From Rhodosorus marinus CCMP1338 (taxonomy: Eukaryota; Plantae; Rhodophyta): DNA of 64,000 bases. Of the stretch, positions 51,564-63,782 are shown piece by piece. The notes beneath the pieces are model-generated. The model ran no database searches and had not been told where the DNA came from. It was given only the letters and a program-made list of their open reading frames with translations. Position numbers and translations under genes: made by a program. The stretch lies in assembly GCA_029953675.1 (NCBI GenBank), contig JAMWBK010000003.1, forward strand, positions 248,001 through 312,000. The letters are read 5' to 3'. How positions within the stretch are numbered: the first letter of the stretch is position 1; each line of letters begins with the position of its first letter.

Positions 51564-53237
51564 CTTGACTATTCCACAAAAAAAGAATATTCACAAGATC
51601 CTTTCACAATTCCCTTATTCCTCTCAAATCCCAAGAACAAAAGTCCCCTTCCGAACAGCCCGGCACTCACACATCTTCCCCCATCCGATCTTAAGAAACC
51701 CGTCCTCAATACGAGTCTCCACCCGCGTCCCCAACAATTCCTCCGTCACAACACGACATCTAAAAAAACATTACTTTCTTCGCCACCCCACAAAACCCGT
51801 CATAAATCAGCAATTTCTGATCATGTCTAATTGATAAAACTTTAGATGTTGGAACGACGGCGGCGAAAATTCCGTTCCTAACGAGTCTGATCCCGTCCGA
51901 AAAGACCTATAGTATTGACAAAACCTTTGGTGAAATAAAAATAAATAAATATTTGAGGGTTATCAATCTATTTATGTTTAAATAAAGAAAGAAAACAACC
52001 CCTGTTTATCGTTTATATTGTCTCTTGTATTGTACGAGTTGACTATGTGGAGGGGTGGAGGACACTGCAGTCTCGTGGAAAACAAACTAGTAGTTAATAA
52101 TTTCTATTATATAGGATGAAGTGACAACATTTGGTAGGGGAGGGAGTTCTTCCACATTTATTGTTATTCAGACTTGTGGTGCGATAATATTGACTGAGGA
52201 AAGACGAAGTTTTAGTTCCGATTGGATAATTACACCTCTTTGCTTATTTTTTTTCATGGGACTCCCCGCATCTTGACTAGCCATGCCTTGAAGCAAGATT
52301 GACGAAGCCTAAACGAAACCTCCTGTTTTCGATAAAAACGAATTCAATTACAGGTGTCCAAAAATAAAAATACTTGAAAAACAAGTTTATAGAAAGTTAA
52401 ACCAACCCCCTCTCTGAGACCCCACTCAAACTACGTGGATGGGATAAAGAGGAAACTAACCATCATTAGTTTTACATAAAATAAGAATCCATGGGCAAAC
52501 GCTCATCATGAAATCCTGTGATTGGACCTTACCAGAGGGGGTAGGAATCAATGCATCGGTGTTTCCCCTCCCTCCCGCCCCCCCTCCCCTGGTCCTGTGT
52601 GCATTGAAACCTCTCCCCTACCCTCTCGTTCTCTGTTCCCATAGTCCTCTTTTCTGTAAACTTCTAGAGGCCAGCCAAGAAAATGCATTGATTTTTGGAG
52701 GAGGCATCCACCTCAAGATATACCCCATTTATGAATTTTTAAAATATTCTGTTACACAGAGACTTGGAACATAAGCCATCGTTGAGCTCTGCGGGGTGGA
52801 AGATTGGGAATTTATGAAAAAAAGTGATTGGAAGTACTGATAGGAAACTCCTCCTTGAGTAGAAGCCCCTTTTCTAATTCATAAAGAAGCCGATTTGAGT
52901 TGTTTTGGCAGGCGTCCAGTAAATGACTGCTCTATGGGCCTAGTTCTAAAGGTCGTTGAGGAGGTTGTGTTTGGGCGTCTTGGGGCTTCTTTTTAAGGAC
53001 TGGGGAGGGCCACCGGAGAGGATGGCGTTTGAGGTCTAGATAAGTTGTGTTTGTGGAGCACTCAGAGAAGAAGGGAGTTGGCATGTATAGAAAGGAGTAG
53101 GTTCGGAGGGTTTTCTTTGGGAGGGGAGGGGGGTTGGGGGGTGTGGGGGCTTGTTTTAGCTGTTGGAAGTTTTGTTTTGTGCGAAGTGTCGCTGGAGCTG
53201 AAGGGTGGTGGTTTGAGAGGTGGTTGTAGGGGAAAAC

Positions 53238-54048
53238 ATGGCGCTTGTTCTAGCGGCTGCTGGGTTCATGACTGTTGGTCATGTTTACCGCTCGTTGAAT
53301 GAGAGAAACGGCCAGAGGAGGAGGGCGGTGGGTCCATGCGCGGAGGACCTTGGGTTGACGTGCTCTGTGTGTTTGGAAGACCTTTGTTTGCCGAAAGTTC
53401 TTCCATGTGGGCATTCTTTATGTCTAGGCTGTGTGGTGGGGCTACTGAGCGCGAGAAATATGCTGGACAAGTGCCCTGTATGGTGAGCGCCTTGGAGTTA
53501 TCCTTCCGAGTGTTTTTCAAAATGACCCTGTGGTTTCGCTAATGCCTGCTTTTCCCTCTTTCTTTTTGTGCGAACGTGTAGCCGGAAGAGAATTTCAAAG
53601 CGTGTTGATCAATTGCCCTACAATTACGCGCTAATTAATTGCATAGAAAAACTTTTGGAATTGGGCAATCCGACAGTGGTCGAGCAATATAGAGACAGAG
53701 AAAAACATTGCAAGTACCAGATGGAGAAGTACAAACAGCAAAGAACTACGAGGTAAGGAGTTGCCGGACCAACTCGTTTTCAGGAGTCCTGTTGACGCGT
53801 TTGGAATGAATGCTATCAAGAAACTCTGGTCAGGGCTCAAAGAGTTGTTTTCTGTCTCGAACGTTTGACTTTGTGCTCATGTACCATGTTTGCTCTGTTA
53901 CCTTTGCAGGAAGCTAAAGCCTATCAAGTGGGTACGCTTGTCGTTACTCGTCGCTGCTGAACTGGGAGGTCTTGTGTTCACTTTAAGGGAGGCAATCAAC
54001 GCTCCCTCAGGTCGTCCTAGAGATAAGGCCGCTGACCCCCAATACTAG
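53238..54048 (+). CDS. Small RING-HC E3 ligase with N- and C-terminal hydrophobic segments, 3 exons
   Basis: 'CSVCLEDLCLPKVLPCGHSLCLGCV...KCP / xC', 'LPYNYAL', N-terminal 'MALVLAAAGFMTVGHVY' and last exon 'WVRLSLLVAAELGGLVFTL'. Confidence 0.8.
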
Positions 54049-54523
54049 GGGGAACGTCTGGCTAACCAGCGGATGTCACGTCGCTAACTGTTAACTTGCT
54101 TAGAATAATATTAATTATATTCTTTAGGCACACTGCCAACAAGGGCATTGTTAACTAGGGAACCAAGAAAACCATCGGGAACAAATAAAATTGTCGACAC
54201 GTAAAAGACAACCTGCTGAACACTTACATCTATCTCTGAGTGAAATTGGGTTTGATTTACAGTGCGAACCCTGGGAACCTTCCCCGGAACTCAAGCGTTC
54301 TTTAAAGCGTAGCAGCTTCCTGGCCGCCAAGCCTACCATAAGAAACGCTAAGGCATTCGCGGGACGTTGACATCCTCCCAGGACACACTGAGCAGCAGCA
54401 ATTGCAAATGCAATGACTTTGTTACGAATTAGTTTATTGATCAAGAAGCAGATTTCATGTTGGCAAGCATGTTGACCGACCCTAGGAAAGCAATTGTTAT
54501 GTCAGGACTAGGGGCAATAACTC

Positions 54524-56799
54524 CTAATCCCTCTCATCGTCACTGTTCAGCATTTTTCTTGTGCGATCTACTTCTTCCTTAATGTCAATAAACTCCTCCT
54601 CAACTTCTTCGATTTCAATATAGTCATCTTCCTTTCCGATGTTGAACTCGGCTAACTTGTCCTCAATTGCCTTCATGAGGTCCGCCTTTGTGGCCAAATA
54701 TTCAGCCCACTTCAGACGCATATCTCGCCTCTCCGCCGCCTTACCACTTCTCATTGATTCCTTGAGCTCATCGTCCTCCCGCTTGAACTCCTCGCGATAT
54801 TTTTTGATGTTCTTCCTTACATTCTTTTCCTGCTCCGCGGTGAGGTACAGCTGCGGACGCGGTCTCCACAGGAACTGGTACATCTTGTTCATGTTAACTG
54901 TAGCCGTCATCCTTCCACTGATGTTGTAAACGTTGTAGCCGTTGTCGGCCTCCCAAGACTCGTTCGTGGTGTAACTGCAAACGAATCTTCCGCTTGCGTC
55001 CCACTCCATGTGAGTTGCGCTGTAGTGTTCAGCCAGTCCAATCTAATCAAAAGAGCGAGCATGCAAACTATGGCGTAAGCACACGAGGGAGCAGCAATAG
55101 AGGAAAAAAAAGAGGTTCAAAATTCTACCAAGTCAACATACCAATTCGTGTTCAGTCACGTTGTACCATTCGTACGTTCCGTTCGTTGCTTCTGACGGAT
55201 GCCCTACACGAGCGAGGAGCGCAACCGTACCCAGCGGAGACCATAAGATCGACTTGAATTGCTTCTTCGGGACAGTGAAGATATGCTTCAGCTTTCCGGT
55301 TGAGGTGCTGTCCATAGAGTAGAAGGACACGTCGGCGTAGTTGGCTTCCTCTCCGTGAATAACTCCAAAGCGGTTCCCCTTGGGCTCCCATTCGAATGCT
55401 GATACCTTCTCCTTCTCCTTGAACTCTAAAATGTCAATGGGGTAGTTCTTGTCGCGCATGTGGAAAATCTCAAAGTTGGTGTACTGGTGTTTGCGGTTCT
55501 TTCCGAAACGGATTACTCTGCAGCTCAGGAAATTTCCATCCTCCTTCCACTTCAACTGTACATTGCTGACCGAATAGAGACCCTTCTGCCTCAATTCTAC
55601 CCGCGACGGGATTTCCAGCAAGCATACCCGCGCGGGGGAATCGCCCATTTCCGGTGTCCAGTACGCAATAATGGGGTCCGTCGGAGACCATTCAAAGGCC
55701 TGCACGCCGGGAATTGCGATCTTCTTCTTCCCCAGCAAACCCATTGACGGCGTAGTGTACACGGAAATCACGTTCTCGCCTAAGCGCGCGAAATAACGGT
55801 CATCGGGAGACCACTTGAAGATCGGCCATACTGGCGGAACCTCCTTGCCTTCCTCGCCCGTCAGCTCTGTCCTCTTGTAGACCGGAAACCATCGCAGCGG
55901 CCTCCCCGTCGCAACCTCCCAAACGACAACGTAACGATCGTCAATGTAATCATCGGAGGGTGGCGACTCCTCTCCAGGAGAGATTTCTACACCGCTCCAG
56001 GTCACCAAAAAGCTATTGAAAAGTAAGTGCGGTACCATAGCGAACGTGAGCAGGTGAAAGCTGGCATAAGCATTGCGATATAATCAAAGCTGTTTAGATG
56101 CGTTTCTTACTTTTCCTGCTTGGAAAACTGAGCATAGGAAACATTCTCATGGGGGAATCTCTTCAGCTTCTTAAATTCCGGACCACCCCACACCGCGATA
56201 CCCTTGTCATGGAAAGTAGCCAAATAGTTCCCTCTAGTAGACCACATTGCCTTGGAATCAGTCCAGTACTCTTTTGCGAGAATTCGCTCACTTCCTACTA
56301 CAGAATCAAACCAGAACACCTCGACTGCATTATTCTCTTGAACGACTGCGAATTGCTCTCTAGATCGCTTATCATCGAGCCACTCGGGAAGAGAGCGCTG
56401 GGCATCAGCGTCCAGCTCATACTCCTTCTCAACAAGGGAGGATTCATCAAATGTCTCCGTGGTGCTCATAATCTTGTCAGCATCCGCGAGGAGAATAACA
56501 GAGAGTCTGTGGTTCGCATCCAGGCGAAAACCATCCAGAACCTTCAAAGCCCTCATCGCCGTTTCCGGCTTTTTATATTCCACAAAAGCAATACCGGTCG
56601 TGTCCCCATTCTCATCCTTCTGAATCGCGATCCCCTTCTCACCAAGATCACCTACCTCCAACCTGGGACTCAGGAACTTGAAAAGCTTTTCATACTTCGA
56701 CTCCCCTACTTTCGGAATATTCAACACTACAATCGACCTGGCAAGAGCCGCCTTCTGACGATTCTTTCTCTCCCGCTCCACACTCCTAGATTCTACCAT
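54524..56799 (-). CDS. eIF3b: Translation initiation factor eIF3 subunit B (RRM + WD beta-propeller), 3 exons
   Basis: RRM 'TTGIAFVEY...LDGFRLDANHRL', 'WSTRGNYLATFHDKGIAVWGG', 'FKWSPDDRYFAR', 'FEWEPKGNRF', 'MEWDASGRFVCS...DNGYNVY', 'QFLWRPRP'. Confidence 0.97.
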
Positions 56800-57082
56800 C
56801 CTAAACACCTATACCACGCACACACAACCCCCCCCCCAAAAAACCACAACAACCACCACCAAGCTCTACTCCCAAGTCAATCCACTCTTCACATAACCTC
56901 TTTACCTCCCTCAATCCATCCTCACAACTTTCATCAAACCCCAAACAATCTATCAAACCCTTTAGTGTCTATGTACCTCCTCCTCACCCCCTTCACGAAA
57001 CCCTTACGAATCCTTTTACTACAATTCCATCGTCTTTCCGAAACCTTTTCTTCGTCTTCTCATCCAGTCTTTCATTCGAAAG

Positions 57083-57138
57083 AACATCGGCCATTTTGCC
57101 CGAGGCCCGGGGTTCCCGGGCCCAAAATGGCCAATGTT
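57083..57138. other. Long GC-rich hairpin upstream of eIF3b
   Basis: Outer stem AACATCGGCCATTTTG / CAAAATGGCCAATGTT (15/16 paired), 5-nt bulge, inner stem GGCCCGGG / CCCGGGCC (8/8) with a GTT loop. Confidence 0.8.
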
Positions 57139-58176
57139 TTTTTTTTGGTTAGATTAAGTTGGGACATGAAAAACCTAGTAGGGGTGGGAAACCACGCAGC
57201 ATTTTCGGAGTGGGTCTAAAGAGTACCTGCCAAGCAAACAATAAAGACTGATAACTGTAAATGAAGGAGAGTATAGGTCTTGTCTAACCTTTTGTAGCGA
57301 CCATAGTTCTTCTTCACCGATCTTGTCTCTGCCTTGTATCCTCTCACTTGGAGTGACCGCCCCTAACCCCCAGAGTTGACATTTCCAATACGGGGGTCAC
57401 CGCCGTCACAAAAAAAAAATGATCGACGAGCTTATAATATTTTAAACTATTCACCAATAGAACACCAATCACTATGAGTTTCAGTTGTTATCTTGACTGA
57501 TTACATCAAAATTAAAGATTGAATCTAGTCAATATAAAGCTGGATTACTATTTTATACTTTTACATGAGATAACACACATTTACTTTTAGAAATAATTGA
57601 GCATTAGAATCGAAATATTTATGAAATACTGTATGTACATTGTTGATATTTAAGATAAAATTAACCAGTGAAATACAATGATTGAATACAACTCGTGGGG
57701 ATTCACCCCACGAGTGGTAGAATGTCGGGGGTTTTGGGGAAGAGTTTGGTAGTTGTGAGACCTGAGCAGGTTGAGCGAAGCTGGAGATGATCTTGTTGTA
57801 CTTCATAATGATTGTAACCGTTTGAAGTACTCGTATGAGCTCTAAAATCAACCCGCTGGCCCCACCCAAGGCTCGTTGAAACAATTCACTGTTCTGAAAT
57901 GACAATGGAGCGGAGGAGGTTTGCAAGGCTTTGGATGTGAGCTGAGAGCAACGACTGTTAGAAAAGCTTGCCCTAGGTTCAGATGCTCTTGATTCGAAAG
58001 GAAATATGAATGGAAAGCCAATTGTGGAGGTCCCTGAGCTCCTTGGCCCCATCTGAACTATCCGGAAAAGGAAGAAGTCGGGATTAGAAGAAACTCATGA
58101 CTCTTTCGCTATGTGCGTTTGTCAGACGTTTCTTCTTGACGGGGTTTTGGCGGAGGAGGACTTGTATATATTTATG

Positions 58177-60839
58177 GATGGATGCAAGATGCGGTACTCT
58201 TCTCGAGGTTGGTGAAGAGCATGCCGCGAACCCTTTGACAGAAGGGCTTTTCGCTTGGCGTTTGTTTTGGGCGAGATGCAAAGGATAAGAGCTAGGATTG
58301 AGCGGGTTTCGAACGCGGATACGCGATTTAAATCCATTTCAAACAGGGCTCCAGATGTCAATCGACTTGCGAGCTTGGGCGATCTCACGCTCTTCTTTGT
58401 TGACGATGATGTAGGTTGCTCTTTCAATCCCTGAACATTTGGTGGAATTCCCTCGCATTTCGGCGCTCGTGGCTAAACCTCTATTCTGTTTTCAACTTTG
58501 CTGTTGTTTAGAGCCAATTGTTCATGGTCGATCTGGGCATCATCGGAGGAGTCTGGAAGGTTGTTCTGAGCGAACCCGTAGAGGATATTGAGTCGATTGC
58601 TGCGGGCAGCGGTGATAAGCTTTTGGTTTTATGGAGTACTTCTTCAGCGTACATCATAGAAGTCGATACCTCTTTTGTCAGAACTGGCAAACCGTTGAGA
58701 GTCTTGAAGTTAGGAAGCGAGGCTTTTGCAGCTCGTCCCGGGCTGAAGATTATCCACGTCGAGTGGCATCCTCGATGTGAGGGACACATTGGGCTGTTTA
58801 CGTCGGATTCCTCGTTTTGGCTGTTTAATGTAGCAAAGTCTGTGGAAGAAGAGGAGCAGCGAATTCTCGTGGGGCCAACGAATCGGGTTATCGTGAGCTT
58901 CGCCTTCGGGCCAGCCTCGGCGTCCAACTGGGAGGTCCTCACGGTTTATTTTACTTCCTTGGACGCTTCAATATTCGCCCTATGCCCGGTGGCACCACAT
59001 GGGCTAAGCTTACCGATCTCAGTGGCAGCTTCCCTCGTCTCCGCAGCTGAGAAGAGATTCGAAGAAACCATTCCGCAGTACAGGACAGCGGAAGACAGCA
59101 GTCGCATGTTGGAAGATGCCGAATTCGGGAACGAGAGCAGCTTTCTAGGTGGAGATTTCCCACAAAAAGCGGAACCGCGACGAATACTGGATTTTCAAAA
59201 GCTGAAAACCGACCCAACCGCGTTCGCAGCTGATCCGCGAGCCGAGGATAGCAGTGCTACGTGGTGGACCAAGCAAGCACGAATTCGGCTCGGGTGGGTC
59301 CGAGAAAGCCTCATCGCTCGCGAGGGAGATCCGACTAGAGCGATTGTGAGGAAACCACGATCCTTTTCACCACAAATGGTTCCGCTTCTTCAAGGTCCAA
59401 TGTACCTAAGAAACGAAGCACTTTCGACGGATCGAATACAGCGAGACTGTCATGAGATAACCGTTCTAGACAATTCTCCTACGGTTATCTTCAGGAGCAT
59501 GGCCGGGAACCGAATCGATGTCCTATTAGCGCATGAGGAAATCGAGCCCGTTTGGAAGCTCTCCAGCAATGGAGTCGAAGACTCTGGCGACGAGGAAGAG
59601 GAAAACCTGAAGGCTGGGGAGGAAGTAGCGCCAGGCTTGATCTCCTTTGAGCAGGTGAAGCTTCCTGGCTGGAGCGCCGAGGAAACTGTCAACAGGCGAT
59701 CGCTGAATAGCATAGGAAAAGTGTTCGCGCTGAGAGGAAAGAGGGCGGAACCTGCCGTCTTTGTGAGATGTGCGGCCGGTTTGTTGTGCCTGAGAATGCC
59801 CTGGCTGAACATGTTGGAGTCGAACGATCCCGAGCAAGTCGCAAACGTGCCGGTTTCCCTGCTGTCGGCGCAGATCGCGACTGGTCATTCTGCGCCAATT
59901 GGTGGCGCGGGAGTCTTCACGGTACCGGAAGGGACAATCGGAGTTATTCTGACCTCTGAGGGCCTGCTGCAGATATCTTCGATGGCAAAGTCGATGCGCG
60001 ATTGGGGAATAGAATCTGCGCCGACGCCGATAGCCAGGAGGAAGCGTGATGAGAAGGATGGACCTAGTGGGAGCGCATTTGAGACTCATCTAGGCAGTGT
60101 CGTTGCCTCTCTTCCTTCCCCGGTGCGATTGGACACGGGTGCGTTCTCCAAGATGAGTTTGATGGAAGCTTTCAAGGTGCTCCTGAACCGGAAGACCAAC
60201 ATGCAAGGAACTTATTTTGGATCGTTTGCTCAGCTGCATGAGTTGATTACCGAGAGGTCGACACTGTGTCGTGATCTAACCCGAGAGCAGAGAAAACGAA
60301 CAGAAGAACTGGAGGACATCATTGCTGTAACTCAGGACAAATCGTCATCAGTCAAGAGAAAGCTAGACCGTTGTAACCTACAGTACGAGAATTTGGCGGC
60401 GCGAGTACGGATGGTCATGCAGATTATTAACGATGGATCTGCGAAGCTGAGCAAAGCAGAGGAGAGGCAGCTAGCAGATTACAAGCTCAGGTGACTCCTT
60501 CTCTGTGCATCGGTCACCTTTGCCCGACCGTTCATGCAATAGGCTAACCCAGATGCCTTTTTACTTTTTGGATGTTCAATGATTAGGAATGCTGAGCTGG
60601 AAAACCGGAGAACTCGTGTCCAGGGGCTTGCACAGGCAGCACGACAGCTTCAGGAAGAAGTTCTTGCGCAGAGAACCACTGAGTCCAGCACGCGATCAAA
60701 TCCGCTTATTCTCCGTACAGCTGATCGAAAGAAGATACACCAGGCCCTCGAAGACCACTCTACAGCAGTACAGAGGGCTCTCGAAACGAACGACGAGCTA
60801 TGCAAACGACTGCGCAGACTAGCGCTGGAGAGCTCCTGA
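58177..60839 (+). CDS. NUP88: Nucleoporin NUP88/Nup82 family (beta-propeller + C-terminal coiled coil); 5' end approximate
   Basis: 'IIHVEWHP...HIGLFTSDSSFWLFNV', 'SFAFGP..WEVLTVYF', 'IFALCPVAP', 'LQGP', and a long C-terminal heptad region. Confidence 0.8.
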
Positions 60840-61447
60840 GGACCGAGCGAACATCGCCGGGATGCTGCCAGTTTCCTAGCTGTTGATGGCTCCTACCAGT
60901 GTCCCAGCCAAGTCTTGTCCATAGAGATCGTTTTGCCTCCAACGTAGTCGAAGCCCTGCGGCGGGAAATGCGGCTACAATACGCGCAATGAAGGCATCCA
61001 CATCTACAACCCGTTGGAACTGAGTCCTCTTGCTTTTTGCTTGTCACTCTTCTTTTAATCAAAAGAACTTGTATCTTAATCTTTTCTGCATGGTCGTTCG
61101 CCTTTGGATGAACACAGCTATTGTCGGCAAACATAAGAAAGCCCGATATGCTATTAATAATAATAAAAAGAACAAAAGCAAAACGTCAGAAACGGACGAG
61201 GAAGCTGAGATGCAACATCGCTAAAGCAATTTTCTCCCGATCTTCATTCAGGTCTTCATTGCCGCCACTAAAAGACAAACTGCGAAGACCTTCGGTTTCG
61301 TTCCATCAATCTCCCTGGAGGCTGTGGACAGAGCTTCACCTCTCCAAGAGTGAAGCTTGTTGAGCGCTGACAGCGAAGAGTGCCAATGTACGCGTATTGT
61401 CTAGCAAAGGAGCTGGTCTTTTCCCGTAAAGAACAGCTGTCCGTCCA

Positions 61448-62502
61448 TTAAACGAGCCTTCCACTGACAGTGACGACGGCGAACAATACGAATGTGACAC
61501 CACCTGTGAGAAGGACTGCTCGTTCGGATATTTGTGCGGCAAGTAGGCGTCCTCCGACTACGGCGATCGATGTGCAGACAGTGTGACCTAGCATTCCACC
61601 GAGAATCACTCCATAAAGCTGTTCGGGGTTATGTGTAGGAAGCGGTTTCAGGCGAACGCAGGCCAGCGGGTTGGGAATTAGGTTAGACGCATGCTACTTA
61701 CGTTCTTGGCGGCAGCTAAGGCGATTGTTGCGAACTGTGAGCGGTCACCCCATTCCGCGAGGAACGTCATCGTAAATGCTTTGACTACCAGTGGAGACAG
61801 AATGCTGTACAAAAGCCTTCTAGTGTTGTAGCGGTACTTGTCATTGTCATCATTTGCTGGTTCCCCTTGCTCGACATCTAACGAGAGACAAGATAGCCGG
61901 TAAGAGAAGTTGTGTGCGTGCATCTTGGTCTGAGCCCGAACTGTTTATGAAGGCACTATCCAACCTTCGGGAGCGTTCAGTTCCTCCTCAACGTCGTGAA
62001 GTTCCTCGCTTTCCTTCCCTTGTTCAGATCGTTTTTGATACCACTCTTTGAGCATCGTTCCGCCAAAGTACAGGAACAGAACTGCAGCAGCTAGGGAGGT
62101 GTACTTCACATCGAGCATGAGCGGGAACGCTACTCCAAGAGCGGCAGATAATATCGTCATCAAATAGAGCGCTACAAGTGCACCTACCAAAACCTGCAAT
62201 CTTCCATTCTTCATCGCCAAAATGGCCGCGATAAAAAACGTCCTATCCCCAATCTCGGTGACCAAAATGATCAAAAAGCTCTGGAACAAAGCCGTAAAGA
62301 AACCAGTTCCTGTAAAAACCAAAACCAGGCCCGACAAACAAGGACGCCCCTCAGAAACAGAAGAAAAAAAGTCCAAATTACACTTGTCGACAAATCCCTT
62401 ACCAGTAAAATACCCGTGAAAAGAGCTGGGCAGACTTCCCAAAGCTTCATGCGCTGCTGCTGAAGCATCCACTCCGGCCCCTTGAGAAACTGTTTGTTCC
62501 AT
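61448..62502 (-). CDS. GDT1/TMEM165 (UPF0016) Ca2+/Mn2+ transporter
   Basis: Both signature motifs are present, 'EIGDRTFFIAAILA' and 'LAEWGDRSQFATIALAA', plus the last exon 'GGMLGHTVCTSIAVVGG'. Confidence 0.95.
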
Positions 62503-62826
62503 TCTTCCCACCCCTCCCTCCACCAGAAGACCGTCTTCAAACTCTTTCACAATCCACAATCCTCTCTCTCCCCTCCCCCCCCGTAACAGAACTCCAACAC
62601 ACTCACCAACGTTTTCTCCACAGCTAACAACTACTAACCCTCTTTAACTCCATATCCGAAACCCTCAAATCCATTTCTTAGTAGAGTTTTCATTACACAA
62701 TATTCCCAAACACATTTGTCAGTCAGTGACCACCGCGACAGCACCGTACAGATACCCTCCCCCAACCACCACTCCCACGGTGGTCAATCACCTGACGTGA
62801 TCTATGTCAAGAGAACACGAGTTTGA

Positions 62827-63290
62827 TCTCTCCATTGGTGAGTTAGTTGATTTGGTTTTGTTCATAGGTACTATCAGGTATTTTTTCCTATAGTATGAGT
62901 GCTGGGCGTCATGTCCATGACGCCCTTGAAAAGTCAGTTGACTCACTGGTTTGTCAACGTCTCCTAGCTGAGCTGATCTATTTTTATAGAACACCAGTTT
63001 GGTCTCCAATGTTGAGTTAGTTCATGGTACTAGCGGGTTTTTTTCGATGGTATGAGTGACGTGGGTATCAAGTCCATGACGAAGCAAGGACGCCACGGAC
63101 ATGACGCTCTTGCTTCACCCGATTGACTTACTGGCTTGTCAACGGCTCCTAGCTGAGCTGATATTTCTCTATAAAACACCGGTTTAGGTCTCGATTGGTA
63201 CGACAGTTGACAGGGTTCTTCATAGTGCTAAGAGGTGGGTTTCGATGGCATGAATGCTGAGCGTCATGGCCATGCGCCTTGACTCCACCC
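62827..63290 (+). repeat. Three tandem diverged copies of a ~175-190-bp unit containing palindromes
   Basis: Units start at about 62827, 63001 and 63187 (TCTCCA/GGTCTCSA). Shared blocks: GAGTTAGTT, GGTACTA, ATGAGTG, GTCATG-N2-CATGACG, TTGACT.ACTGG.TTGTCAACG, CTCCTAGCTGAGCTGAT, TATARAACACC.GTTT. Confidence 0.9.
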
Positions 63291-63782
63291 AACTAGGACG
63301 TTGAATAGTCACCTCAGACACAGTACACACGTTATACACCTGATCGCTCCAGCTGTGCTTCTCCAGGGTTCTTCGACGGTACTAACATTTTCATTTGGTG
63401 GTACTAACAGACAACTGCTTCAATTATTTGAAGAACATTATTTAAATCGTTGCTTTAGTACAACCATGCCGTACTAGCCGAGATTGTGAGATAGGGGACC
63501 TCACGGGTGGTGGGTAAGCACAAGTGAGCCAACGATACTCGTGAAGCTAGGAAGCAGAGGTCAGTCGCAGACAGGACGACAACAAGCAGCCTGATGAAGT
63601 ATGGAAAGGGACAGTTATGATCAATATTGACACATCCTCGTTCAGATGAACTCCTTGCTTGTCTCAGATATCTTTAGACAGGCAAAGGTTTCCTTCTGAG
63701 TCTCTACCCGGCAAAGCTCACTAGAAAGTCCGTTTACACAAATTTAATTGTCATTAACTACAAATGGTTTTAAAAATGTTAA

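Noticed and set aside
54151-54444. 97-aa ORF with a hydrophobic hairpin-like stretch downstream of eIF3b
   Set aside because: Lies in the probable convergent 3'-UTR region and has no family match I can name.
56098-57219. 373-aa plus-strand ORF
   Set aside because: Antisense to eIF3b exon 1 and its C/A-rich 5' region; low-complexity, with no recognisable domain.
57561-58052. 163-aa minus-strand ORF divergent from NUP88
   Set aside because: No recognisable domain, and it runs into AT-rich non-coding sequence; cannot be supported without transcripts.
62937-62970. Firm Helitron call from hairpin + CTAG
   Set aside because: No 5' TC terminus, A/T insertion site or Rep/helicase fragment was identified; kept only as one hypothesis for the repeat.
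62827-63290. Tandem repeat as a possible CRISPR array
   Set aside because: Units are ~180 bp and diverged throughout, with no constant repeat plus unique spacer structure, no cas genes, and a eukaryotic context.
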